Under the pieces are notes generated by a model. That model saw nothing but the letters and a program-made list of their open reading frames with translations. It searched no databases and was not told where the DNA came from. 64,000 nucleotides of DNA from Salpingoeca rosetta (taxonomy: Eukaryota; Protista; Choanoflagellata): assembly GCA_033442325.1 (NCBI GenBank), contig JAWQFM010000003.1, forward strand, positions 2,310,385 through 2,374,384. Direction: 5' to 3'. Numbering within the stretch: the stretch's first letter is position 1; every line of letters starts with the position of its first letter. This document shows positions 14,513 to 36,661 of this stretch, in pieces. A program made the position numbers and the translations under genes.

Positions 14513-15741
14513 CACAGAGACACACACACAACACAACACAACACAACACAACACAGCACAGCACAACACAACACAACACAACACAACACAACACAACACA
14601 ACACACTTTGTTGGAGGGGCGGGCACGCCGCTGGAGCGCCTTCGCAGGAGTGGCGAGGAAGGAGATGTCAGTTTGGAAAGGTTCTGCATGCTGTATGCAA
14701 ACCGCTTGCCGCCGTCGAGGGCGCCGAATTCTGAGCTATCGTGAGGGCTGTGGTCGTCGGGGTGACGGCGGTACGTACTGCTGCTGTTGCTGTTGCCGCT
14801 GCTGTTGTGAATGCCGCCCTGTGTGGAGCGCATGAGCTCGATGGTCAAATCGGACGACTTGTTGCGACGGTGGCCGGACCGCCTGCGAGCAGCGCCAGGT
14901 GCAGGGTGGAAGAACGATGCGGGCTTGGGGCACGTCGCTGCTTGTGTTGAGGGGAAGAGGCTTGAGTTTCGACGGCTTGTTGAGCGCGATGCGGAGCTCT
15001 CGTCCGAGAAGCCAGCAGCGGAGAGGTCTTCAACACAACAAGTTGGCCAGGGCATACACGTGTGTGTGTGTGTGTTGATGGGGGGGGGGTTGATAATTGG
15101 TGGTGGTGGTGGTGGTGGTATGGTGGGTGGAGACAACGGCGAGGTAAGTCAAAGTTGCGGTCAGGGCAGAAGAATGTGAGCGAGAAGGAAAGCAGATGAT
15201 GGGGGGAAGGGAGATGGCAACATGGGATGGGGGGCGGAAAGGTTGCAATGCGGGAGAAAGCACAACCATACCACAGCCACACCAGACAAAACAACAACGC
15301 CCCACCAACCATCAACCACTAACACGAATCCATAAGCAATACGTACAACCTGACACACCCACCCAAGCATCTCATGACAACAAACTGTTGGCTCGAACAT
15401 CATCATCATCATCAACCCAACCCGCTAACCACCACCCGCAAGTGCCACCACCACCATCATCAACACCACCACCATGAATCACGTCCGCAATGGACTGATG
15501 CCTACACCATCAGTTCCAAGCCCGTGCCAAACGCATGGGTGCAAAGGACAGCGCAAGCACACAGCACGAGACAAGGCGTGCGCCCACCATCCGACAACAA
15601 TAGCCCTTCCCCCAACCGTCAAAATCAAAACGCACCGACAGAAGCCCGCACACGCGGCATGGCTTGGGATTGCCTTCTTGAGCGGCTGTGGGAGGGTGAT
15701 GCAGCCTCATCTGTGCTGCTGCGTATTCTCTCATCGCCCAT
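11913..15741 (-). CDS. Hypothetical disordered protein (~800 aa) rich in RRxS motifs
   Basis: Phase-consistent exons ~15741-15637 (MGDERIRSS...), ~15027-14607, ~14286-14124, ~13931-13752, ~13471-11913. Ser/Arg-rich N-half, acidic middle, ends ...RRRSFQFGADSQHK*. Start codon uncertain. Confidence 0.6.
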
Positions 15742-16392
15742 TGTTGGTGTAGCTGGTGCTGCTGTTTCGGGGTGCTGCTGCTCTTGCACACACATCCACG
15801 CGCGCGTGTGCGCTCACCAGGAACGGGCAGCCTACTTGACTGGTTGGATAATATGCGGGTTGGTGATGGATGGCTTGTGGTTGGCGAAATGTGTTTGTGT
15901 GTGCGTGTGGGTGTGAGCGTGTGAGTGTGAGTGTGAGTGTGAGTGTGAGTGTGAGTGGCTGGGGAGGCTGGTCGGTTCTGTGGGTTGCCCTTGTGTGTGG
16001 GTGCGCACGTCAACTTTCGTGCCAGCTTCACGTCAGCGCGGGGTGGGTGGCCACCAACTATGCAAGCAAAGCACAGTTTCGCTGCCCGTGACGTGAATCA
16101 AATTTTCACACACACACACACAAAACACAAACAAGAAAAAAGCAACGAACGCAACAAACAAACGTTGCCAAGCAAGTGAGCTTTTGGCTGCTTGCGAATG
16201 TGGCACCGCCAGGCACACCAGACTGACGGAGGTTTGGGGTCGTTTATTTTGCTAGAGCAAGAGGTATTGTTCACGTCACGAAGATGGGTTGATGATGACA
16301 TGTCATCATCATAATGTCATTGGCATTCTCACATTGGGGTTGGTCTCACACTGTCATCACATCGCACATCACACATTTCCTTCTGTCACTAC

Positions 16393-16478
16393 TCACACCC
16401 ATTGATGGCTGCGTGCCAAGGGAGGGGCGCTCAATGAAGAACTGGTACTGCTGCGATCACCAGTGGGAGCACCACCAC

Positions 16479-16511
<33 letters not shown>

Positions 16512-16970
16512 CCAGCGTGCCGGTGCCACCGTCACTGCTCGCCACAGTCCATGTCATGCCATCACCCGAGGGGCGAAAGGTGGAAGGCAGCAGGACACCC
16601 CATATGGATCTGCCACCGTCAATGCCCAAGAACAAACGCCACCGCTGCCCAATCGTGTGCCGCTGCTGTGGTGCAGAATACACCTGCAGACACGCGCGCG
16701 CGCACGTGTGTGTTTGGTATGTGTGTGTATGTGTGTATGTGTGTGAGTGTGAGTGTGTGAGTGTGAGTGAGTGCGGGTGTGTGAGTGTGAGTGTGAGCGT
16801 GTGAGTGTGAGTGTGAGTGTGTGTGGTAAGCCTGACACATTAGGTGTACGAGTGAAAATTTGTGGAGGAACAGGTACGGGAGGAGAGAGGAGAAGGAGGT
16901 TTGGCTCACGTGCAGGGCAAGCCGGTGTGCACGCAACACGAAACACACACACACACACACACACAATTGC

Positions 16971-17001
<31 letters not shown>

Positions 17002-17274
17002 ACTGCACACGCACACGCACGCGCACACACACAACTGCACACACAGACACATACCGGCCTGTCCTTCTTTGCTTGGTCTGGTTTGAACGTGGCATAGTAC
17101 TCGATGGTCGTTTCGCCGCGCGAGACGAGATACACGTGCCTGCAAGTGGGGCATGGGCGACGACAAACGAAGTGAAGACACATGTGGGTGAGGGAGTATG
17201 TGAGCGTGAAGGAGAGGCACAGAGAAAGAGGGGCAAACTCAGGGACAAGCAGCTACCTCTCCTCCTCCCACGCA

Positions 17275-17321
<47 letters not shown>

Positions 17322-17954
17322 ACGCACACACACACACAGCTTGATCCTACCAGAAGAGCAGCAATCCGAGTGCAATCCCAACAGCGACGGTGAGGACAAA
17401 TGCGAACGTCACAACGGGGCCGAGGTACTGGGCAGCAGGAGGAGATGCGCAGTTGGAATTCACACAATGCGAGACGAAATCATGAGCAAAGAAGCATGGC
17501 ATGACATCCATCAGCAACTGCAACAAGCACACACGCACACATACATATTCTCACACAAAAGTACACACACACGCACACACACACACACACAGACGTACAC
17601 AATAACACGTCAACAACACCACAACTCACGCCAGCGAGGAGAAGGCGGCGGATCTCAATCTTGTCGGCGTTTGTTAGCGTGTCGTAGTGGAACCGCCAGC
17701 GGTAGCGAAGGAGAAACAGGGGCGCACACACCGCGCCCACATACACGCACCCGACCCACAGGTAGGCCATGAAGAGGAAGAAGTACCGGTGGTTGCGAAA
17801 CCCAATGCAGTTGTGGACCCAAGGGCAGTGATGGTCCATTTTCAACACACAGCTGTTCATGTGCAGGTGATGAGCAAACAAGCGGGGGGGGGGAGGGGCT
17901 GTATGAGGCACGGGCAACTTTCATTGGGTGGGGCGTGTAGCAGGCGCAACTTGA

Positions 17955-18022
<68 letters not shown>

Positions 18023-19179
18023 CACACACACACACACGCACACACACACACACACGCAGGCAGGCAGGCAGGCGTCTGCGTACCGCTTGCACACGCTGCA
18101 GTGATGCGTTCTGACTGGCTTGACACTGTCACCTGCAAAGCAGCATTGTGACAAGGAGTGTGACGCAACACTGGGCGCTAACGCACGCACAGAGAGAGAG
18201 ACAGAGAGCAACGCAGCCACAAGTGCACTCACACTCACACTCGCACACACACACACACACAGCAGCAGCAGCAGCCACACGCACACATGCGCGCGCACAT
18301 TTCTTGCAAAAGGATTCGCCCGGCTGCAGCATGATGTCGTTGAGTCTCATCTGCAGAACCCAAAAGCACATGGCATAGTGGCGATGATAAGACGGCAACT
18401 GCGTACCAACACACAGAGGAAGAGGGGAGGAGAAAGACAGAGAGTAGGCACAGAGACAGAGCGGTAGACGTCGAGGTTTTAGACTCACACACACACACAC
18501 ACACACACACTCACTCACTCACTCACTCACACACATACACAGGCACAAAGGCGCACACAAAGTGGTACCTTGGGTGGGTAGCCTGGGCTGGTGATGGTAA
18601 CCATGAGGTAGTTGAAGATGATGTTGATGAGAAGCCAGTGGGTGAACACGACATGTGCGGCAAACCCAAGTGAGGACGTCTCCTGTTGTATGTACGGCGC
18701 CAGCACCTGCGCACGCAGCCAGACGTCATTTGAGTGAAAGGCATCATCTGCACATGCGTGCAGGTTGTGCGTGGCAGAGATGGACTAACAACTTGGCAGT
18801 GGAAAGCACGATGATCGATGCACACGACGATCGTGAGTGTGCTCACCTTGTACCATGCAATCACGATGCTGCCGATGAGCACCCACGCCAGTGGAACGAA
18901 TACCTGCAGAGTAGTTGGGAGGAGAGGGGGAAGAAAGACGGCATTAGGAGGCGAGAGAGTGTGTGAGTGAGTGAGTGTGTGTGAGTGAGAGAGAGTGTGT
19001 GCGTGTGGGGGGGGGGTGAGTGTGGTTGAGTGCGGGTGTGAGTGCGTGACATGGAGAGACTCTGTCAATGTGGAAGCATGCAAGGTGGAGAGGTAAGGAG
19101 CCAAGGGAGAGAAAGAGGGCAAGGACACATGTGCGCGCGTGCATACACGAGGACACAAACGCACACACACGCATGCATT

Positions 19180-19215
<36 letters not shown>

Positions 19216-19418
19216 AGCGCATGCATGCACATACTTACCCATCCCAGCATGTACATGAGGTTGTCTGCTACCCAGATGAATGTGTGGACGAGGAATCGAA
19301 CACACGTGACCATGCCATGGCGAGTACGCGACGAGCAACACGGTCGACAGTTGTGCTCCACCTCCGCCGCCATGAACGCATCCAACGCCTTCAAATCCTC
19401 AACAGGCAACGGCTCCAT
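16393..19418 (-). CDS. ZDHHC16: DHHC palmitoyltransferase, ZDHHC16-like
   Basis: Exons encode [91 protein letters not shown] and [31 protein letters not shown]. The last closely parallels the ZDHHC16 C-terminus. Confidence 0.9.
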
Positions 19419-19487
19419 CGCCCTTTTGCTTGGCTTGAAGTTGTGGTCTCGTTGATAAAAGCAAATCGTCTCCGTTAAACATCACCA

Positions 19488-19559
19488 GCGCTCATGGTCC
19501 AATGGCTAGGATCCAACCCTCCCACGGTTGGGGTCCGGGTTCGATTCCCGGTGAGCGTA
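19488..19559 (+). tRNA. tRNA-Gly, anticodon CCC
   Basis: Cloverleaf: acceptor GCGCTCA/TGAGCGT + A discriminator, D-arm GTCC/GGAT, anticodon stem CAACC/GGTTG with loop CT-CCC-AC, T-loop GTTCGATTC. 72 nt, no intron. Confidence 0.93.
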
Positions 19560-19562
19560 CGG

Positions 19563-19574
19563 TTTTTTTCTTTT
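19563..19574 (+). terminator. RNA polymerase III oligo-dT terminator
   Basis: TTTTTTTCTTTT begins 4 nt after the tRNA 3' end. Confidence 0.8.
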
Positions 19575-19857
19575 CGACGGCGGTGGCACAGCTGCGTGTG
19601 TGTAAGCCACACAAGGAAGGAAGCAAGGCCATGGTACTCCCTCACACACGCGCGAAGGGGCCCGAGCCACCTCTTTTTCTGTCTGTCTCTCGTCGCCCAA
19701 GTTCAAGAGTTCACGCCACTGCTGCGCTCCGTTGTTTGGTGGTCGATCTAATCGATGCCCAGATGATGGATGATACATTATTATTGGTCATTGGTGTACT
19801 GCAAAATGTTGTAACCACTGTAACCTGTGCCCAGCGCGAGCAGTCAACAATGTAGCT

Positions 19858-19984
<127 letters not shown>

Positions 19985-20189
19985 GCAAGCACACACGCAA
20001 GCACACACACCACCAGACCACCACTATTCACACAAGCAATTGCAAGCCGCCATCCGCTCATCATCAAAAGCAACACAACAACATGCATCGCGCGCGGTGT
20101 GTCAAAAACAAAGAGACAAAGCAACGCTCCCACTCGGTACATAGCTCATGCCCAATCCCCCTTCCTTCCACTTACTCCGTCCATCCCGT

Positions 20190-28905
<8,716 letters not shown>

Positions 28906-29688
28906 CAACACACACAATTATTCGTGTGTCAGTCGCTGCTGTTGGACACATGTCGAGCGCGCAAACGAGCAACCAAACGAGGGGGAGCACAAAGGTACTG
29001 TACACCGCACACGCCTCATGAACCAGCAACAAGAGCGACTGGAACAACAATCATTCGGTGCAGAGCACCGAAACCGGGTCAAATCAGCAAGAACGAGAGG
29101 TAGACAGGAAGATAGGTCGGTAGGCTCTTGCCTTGACAAACCAATTGTACTTAGCAGCGAAGATCGCCAACATCTCACCTTTCTGGTGTTGAGGCTGCCG
29201 AATTGGCGGGAAGAACTCCAATTGAAGAAATCAGCATCAACACGACAGCAGCCAGCGTGCCCGCGCAAACACGGCGACACCTGTTCATCTTCCTTCTTCG
29301 TGCTTCCATGTGAGATGGTCACACGTTCACGCCGTGCCTCTTTGTGTCGTGTCTCGGTGCTGCTGCCACTGCGTCAAGTGGAGGACAGCTTGGGAGTGGA
29401 GGGGTTGTGTTGCCGGTGCAGCTGTGAGACAACGAGGAGGAGGAGGAGCAAAACACACAGCGCGTGCGTGTGCCTGTTAGTTGGCTTTGCTTTGTTGGTG
29501 TGTTTGTTGTTTGTTTGTTTCTCGTTTGTGCGTGTGTGGTATGTGAGGGTGGGGCGTGCAACCAACGTGAGGTGTTGGGTGGTGTCGTTTATTGAGGGGT
29601 ATACGCGAAACTTTGCCGTATCATCAAGGAAATGCAAACTTCTGGCGTCATCGCGATTGTGCTCCTCCTTTTTACTCTGCATGCGTGC

Positions 29689-29771
<83 letters not shown>

Positions 29772-29887
29772 TGTGTGTGTGTGCGTGCGTGCGTGCGTGT
29801 GTGTGTGTGTCCGTGCACGACGCACGCACTCACCAACTCGCACAGACCGAGATGAACCGGCTCACTGGACATTGATCGGGACACGGT

Positions 29888-31904
29888 TTACTTGGCGCCA
29901 CGCTCGAGCTGCGCCTTGCGCTTGTCATACTCGCGTTTGTACATGTTTCGAACCCAGTCGCGCTCAAACCTGAAGCGAGCCAAACAGGGAAGTACAAGCA
30001 TGATTGAGGTAAGTGTAGACTGTGTGTTGTGTTGTGTTGTGTTGTGTGTTGTGTGTGTGTGCGTGTTGTGTTGTGTTGTGTGTGTGTGTGTGTGTTGTTG
30101 TGTTGGGGTTGGCACCGAACAAACGTTCAGCACGCATAAACAAAGCAGCAACAAACAGATCAACAGCACTGCGCAAACGACAACGACAACGACAACGACG
30201 ACAACGGCAAAGGACGTGAGACTTACCCAGTCTGCTCGCACTGCGCCCAGACACTGTCCAGCTCCTCAATGTTGCGTGCAATCTTGAGCAGACCGAAGCG
30301 GCGCCACGCCAGCACACGCTCGTCACCGACATGCTCACAACCGGCGGTGACACACACGTCGCGGGTCAACTCGGACCTGTCCAACTTTGGGAAGAAGCGC
30401 AATCCCGTGCTGCGCTCGAGCTCGACCAACGGCACCTGTGTGTGTGTGAATGGAGGTCATTTTTGGAAAGGCTGGTGCTGACTACACACCATGCACAACA
30501 CGCGGCACACAACACACGCAATAAGCACTTAGCTTGCAGCGCCACGAGCCAAAACACACCTGGTAGCGGTAGAGCGGCTCGTTGTCGCGGATGGGCCGGT
30601 TGGGCATCACAAAGGCTGACGGAGGGCAGGTGTGGAGGTCCGGGGATTGATGAGTGGCAAGCACACGCATCTGACTGGCACACTTGAAGATGCAGCGTAT
30701 CATGCACAGACGCACATGCAAACACACACATACACACATGTACACGCACATCACATCACGTGCACAGACATGCACTCACCTGCAACGGCGCGGTCCTCGC
30801 CCTGGTCGTTCTCCGCTAGAATGACCTTGAACATGTGTGTTGGTGCTGCGACCTGGTTTGGACCGACAACCTGAAGGAGTAGGGTGTGTGTGTGTATGTG
30901 CGTGTGCGTGTGTCGAATCAGTGAGCGTGTTGTTACAGCACATATGCACGCACACACAAACACACCATCACGAACGCACACACACACACATGCACACACA
31001 CATACACATGCATACACACATACACATGCATACACACACATACAAGCACGCACGCCGTGCTCACCTGGTATCGGACAGCCATACAGTTGTTTGTGTGATC
31101 CCTCTCTGCAAGGTACATCGGCCCGCTCACAACAAACACGTGCTTAAACTTGTTGGTCAAGCCACGCGACATGCGTTCAAGCCGCAGCCTGGTGGTGTGG
31201 GTGACGGGAACGTGTCGGTGAGACAAGTGCACATGTACAGCACGTGATATGGCAACAACAACAACAACGCACAACGACGTGAGCGCGCACGTGCACGAGC
31301 AGCCCTTGCACAGCAGGCAAAGAAGCACGCACACACACACCTACACAGACACACAGACACACAGACACACACAGATACAGACACACACACACGTACACAC
31401 ACACATACACACCAGTCACAGCCGTTCATGGACATCTCTTGTGGAACAATGTTGCTGGACAGCGCAAATGAATCGCGCATGGCTGCCTGTGTGTGCATGG
31501 AAGGCACAGGAGGGGCAAGCAGCATTGTGAGTACACCCGGCTCTGGACTGCTGATTCTCTGATCACGCAACACACGGACATACACACGCGCACACGTGCA
31601 TACACACATGCATACGAACATGCACACACGAAAGCACACCTCGCTGAACTTGTTGTCTGAGGCGGCGGCGAGGTGACCGCGGCTGAAGCCCGAGCGCTGA
31701 TAATCGCGCAGCTGTGCGCGGAAGAGGGACGGCACTGCTTCATCCTCGAAGAAGGGGAACGATGACCGATGTGCATGCACCTCCTCTTGCAGGTCCTTTG
31801 TCAAGTGCTGCACAGTGCACGTCGTGGAAGTGTGTGTGTCAGTGAGTGAGTGTGTGTCAGTGAGTGAGTGTGTGTCAGTGTGCCAGTGTGCGTGTGTGTC
31901 AGTG

Positions 31905-31988
<84 letters not shown>

Positions 31989-32250
31989 AGTGCGTATTAA
32001 GAGATTGAACAAGGAGCTTTGCAAAGATCATGGGGCCAAGGTGCAAGGCAGCGCACTGACTCACTTGAAGCACCCAGTTGGGCGTGCGTGTTTGGTAGTT
32101 GAGGCTGGCAATGTATCCAGCCTTGTGCACCACATTGCCCTCGCTTGGAAGACCGTACTTGGCTGCATACTCTGTGGTGTCACGCGAGGCAAGCAGTAAC
32201 AGCGTGAGCGCGGGTGAGGTAGTGAAGGTGGGAACAGCACGCCACGCCAT
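29888..32250 (-). CDS. EXOG: Mitochondrial EndoG-family beta-beta-alpha-metal nuclease, EXOG-like
   Basis: KYGLP, RTPNWVLQHL, FRAQLRDYQRSGFSRGHLAAA, SNIVPQ, VVSGPMYL, VAAPTHMFKVIL, AFVMPNRPI, VPLVELERSTGLRFFPKL. SRGH rather than DRGH, plus a helical C-terminal extension (LKIARNIEELDSVW...YKREYDKRKAQL), points to EXOG over ENDOG. Start uncertain. Confidence 0.85.
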
Positions 32251-32533
32251 AATGTGCGATGTGTTGGTTGGTTGAGTGTGGTTAGTGTTATCTGCTGCGT
32301 TCGCTTTGCGTTTTTGCTTTGCGTTTGCTTTTGTTGGTTTGTTGTTGGGCAACACACACGACAACCGGTTCTCGTGATGTGACATGAGATGTGACACATG
32401 AACTGACGACACAGCAACCATGTAACGGAACCAACCAGTCAGGCAGGCAGGCAGGCACGCATGCATGCAGGAAAGTAGACAGCGTGATGAGAGGCCTGGG
32501 GATGGGAGGCAGGGAGGGTGTTGTGGCGGGTGG

Positions 32534-32997
32534 TCAGTGCTTGATGGCGCCCTCCCCTTTCAGGATGGCGATCATATCTGGGATCTGCGGGTCGTCTGCT
32601 CCCGAGTTGATGTACTTGAGCCACTGCTCCCACTTCTTCGCCTTGTACCTCTCCTGCCGATGTGATGTGTCGTGCGTGCGTGCGTGCGTGCGTGAGTGTG
32701 AGTGTGTCAGCAATGTTCAAGACTGCGCACACACACACACGCACGCACAGAGACAGACACACACACACCTCGCCGGTTGCGCTGTAGAGGTTGCCTGCAA
32801 CGAGGCCAAAATTCTTGTGCCAAAATGGCGGCGCTGCATCGAGCTTGCTTGTCTCCCGCCCCAACAGCTCATCATACACCTGCACAGACAGCGGCAGCAG
32901 CAGTGATGAAAAGATGGTGAGCCGAGAGCCACTCAGATGGGGCAGACGGGCGTCCACATGAGACGACAACTCTCACATGAGTGTGTGTGTGTGTGCG

Positions 32998-33086
<89 letters not shown>

Positions 33087-36000
33087 GTGTGCGTGTGTGT
33101 GTGCGTGTGTGTATGTGCGCGCCTGTTCGCCAAGGTAATGCACACCCTCCCGCCTCCCCTGCTAATCACCACCACCACCACCACCAACACTGCCGCTGCT
33201 GCAGGACCTGGTATGCTGCGCGTGCATATGCGAGCCCCTCCTCTTGCGACGTTGCGTCACGCGCGTTTCTCTCAAAGGAGATGGCGAGCAGCACTGCTGA
33301 TGCAAGATACCCGTCACGCACCACAGCCTCCCACGTCCGCTCGTCGTACTTGACAGGGTCCGGGATCGCATACTGGTGCATGCGCGCGCGCGCGCGTGTG
33401 TGTGTGTGTGCGTGAACAAGAGAGGGAGAGTGTGTGCGCGCGTGTATGTGTACGTGTGATTGAACAAAAGGTGCAGACCACAAGACCATGCAGGATTCTA
33501 CACACGACCGGACACGTACACACACATACACACAGAACACGCACTCTCATACACTGAGCATACCACCACCATCACCAACACCATTATTACCACTCTGGTG
33601 CCTCACGTTTGGGATGGCGCGAGTTGCGTTGCGAATCCACTCGTGTGCAGAGAACCGATCGCCCTTGCGCACAATTCTGCTGGACATTCCAAAGTGCCGC
33701 AGCTCGTACCTAGCACAGGCAGTGGTGTGTGTGTGTGTGTGTGTGTGGTATGGTGTGGTATGGTGTGGTGTGTGTGTGTGTGTGTGTGTGTGATAGTGCA
33801 CGGGTGTGATGTGAGAGAAAATGCGCACACACGCACGCACACGCACACACACGCATGCACACACATGCACGCACGCACACATACAGCTTCATGCCAACGT
33901 GTCAAATTGCATGGCAGAAGTGCAGGCAATGACACACCCCAACATCATCGCGTATGCATGGATGCATCATGCACACATTCACATTACGTACACATGCACA
34001 CACGCATGCACTGTCCACGCACTTGTGCTGCCACGTGGTGTCTTCTTCGTTCATGCCTTCAAACACAAAGATGGGAAAGCGATCGTAGTTGCTGTCCAGG
34101 AACGACAGCATATTGTAATACTCGGGTCCAAGCTGATACACCTTCTTCTCTCCTGTCGCCCGGCATTGGGGGTTGCGTTGTATAGGCGGGGAGTGGGCGC
34201 GTGCGCGTGAATGGAGTGTGCGTGAAGGGAGTGTGCGTGAATTGAGTGCGCGCATGCATGTGAATGTCCATGCATCATGAGGAAATGTTGCGTGAATGCG
34301 CATGCGTGGAGACGAGAACAAGAAAGTAGAAGCAGCGTCGGAATCATCCCAGAAACAACACCAAACTTGTGCCACCGCACTCAACCAGCCGGCAAATATC
34401 CATCCGATTCTCGCCCTCACCTGGGAACACGACACCTTCAAACTTGTCGCCCAGCATCGGCACATACCTGCATGTGTAATGGGAGAAGGTGCACATTGTG
34501 TTGTGAATGTGAATGTGAATGTGAATGTGAATGTGAATGTGAGCGCAAAGACACAGCAGCTCGGCTTATGAGCAAAGGCCTCATGCACACTTCACCAGCA
34601 ACACACCCAAAACCCCAAGCCCCCCGCCGCCTGCACCTCACCATGGGTATGTCATCATTTCGAGGTCGAGAATGCGCAAATCGCGCCTGACGTGTTCGCA
34701 GTAGTGGAGATAGCGGGCCGCATTTCCGGGAAGATCTCCACGCGTCAGCAGCAGCGCCTCCTAAATCCGGACACGCCAAAGGGAAGGAGAGAGAGGGGGG
34801 GGGGGGTGTTATGAGTTGTCATTGCGAGAAAGGACGGAGAGAGTGTGTGTATGTGTATGCGTGTGTGTGCGCAAGCGTGCGTGTGAGTGAGTCAGCAAGC
34901 AAATTTGCAAGCGTCTTTGCAACAAATTTGTGATTGTGTGTTCGTAAGTGTGTGGTCGTCACATGCCACTCGTTCAGCCACGCAACCCTCCACCACAACT
35001 GCGCCATTTTGCACCGCAACTGCACCGCACCTCGGGCAGACCCGTGAGGAGTGCACGGCCCATATCGGCGACGGCGGTGTTGGTGCTCTCGTCACGCGCA
35101 TCGTAGTTGGCCGCAATCTGCACAGACGCAACGGCAACTGCCGCCACCACCCCCAGCGCCTGGTGGGCGGCAGCAGCACCGTCATGCATGGGATGGCACG
35201 ATGATGAGAGTGTGTGCGATTGTACAAGTGTGTGTGTGTGTGTGAATAAGCATTGATCGAACGGAAAGAGAAGAGCAATAAGCACAAGTGTGCTGACACA
35301 TACACATACACGCACACGCATTCACATACACACACGCATACAAAGACACACATGCATACAAATACACACGCAAACAGGCACGTACCTGGGCGCTTGAGAG
35401 AGCAAAGAAGCGAGAGAGGCGATGCATCAGATACGAGAAGCCAATGCCGGCAAACACACACAGAATCTGATATATTCAAGCAAGTGGCGACGTGATGAGG
35501 ACGTAGGAATGGGAAGTGCCCGAGCAATACTCATATTCTGACACAAGCACACCGTAGTGCACGCACACACACACACACACTTCCATGCAAGGACCTCCAC
35601 CCACACACAAACTCTCTCGCATCCACACACGCACACAAAACTTTCAACACACACAAGTTCATGCAAGCCCACACGCAACGCCCGGCTGCGCACCATGTTT
35701 GGCTGCATCCAGAAGCGCTCGTGGACACCAGCGAGGAGGCGGTTCTCAATGCTGAGATTCGCGCGCCAGTTGAAGAACAGCTGTGCACACGCGCACGTGT
35801 ACATGCGCACAATACAAAGGACGTGAGAATGCAATGGGTCGAGTCAGAGACGGGAACAAGAATACAGGTTCAACACAAGTACATGCGTGCACAAACACAA
35901 ACACACAAGGACACACAAAAGCGCACACACATACACATACACACACGCACGCAACACAATCCGCACCTCGTAGAATGTGAGCATGCCCACGAGCGGCACG

Positions 36001-36609
36001 CGGGATTCGCGCACAACACGGCGGCGATCAACAGCAAACGCTGCAATGAGGAAGGAGAGGTTGTGTGGAGTGGAGACGCGAGTTGCATTGGGTGAATAGC
36101 AGCAAGAGGCACATGTATTTGTGAGCATAGTGCACAGAGAATGACATTGGCACACACTCTCGAAGACACGCGCACATATACGCAAAACCACACACACACA
36201 CACATGCACACGCAAGCACAAACGCAAACATACACACATACACACACACACACCGATTACACAGATGGCGATGAGCGGAAAGATGATGTGATGCGTCTCG
36301 CTGCTCAGGTCCTTCATGTGCAGCTGCCCATCGCACAAGTCACGAGTAGGTCCAATTCGTCAACAAGAATGGTTGAAGAACTCATGCATGCGCATGTACG
36401 CACACCCGCACACAACACGCGCGCACACATGCACACACGCGCACACATACAAGCATACGACATATGCTCACCATGATGCGCTCTGTCAATGTTGTCGATG
36501 TTGTGCTTCGGCTTCCAAGATCAAAGGTGCCATATTCTTGGCGCAGGAAATGCCTGCAAGCAACTCAAAGCAAACGGGGCCGTGAACAAGGACTCGGTAT
36601 GTGTGCGTG

Positions 36610-36661
<52 letters not shown>

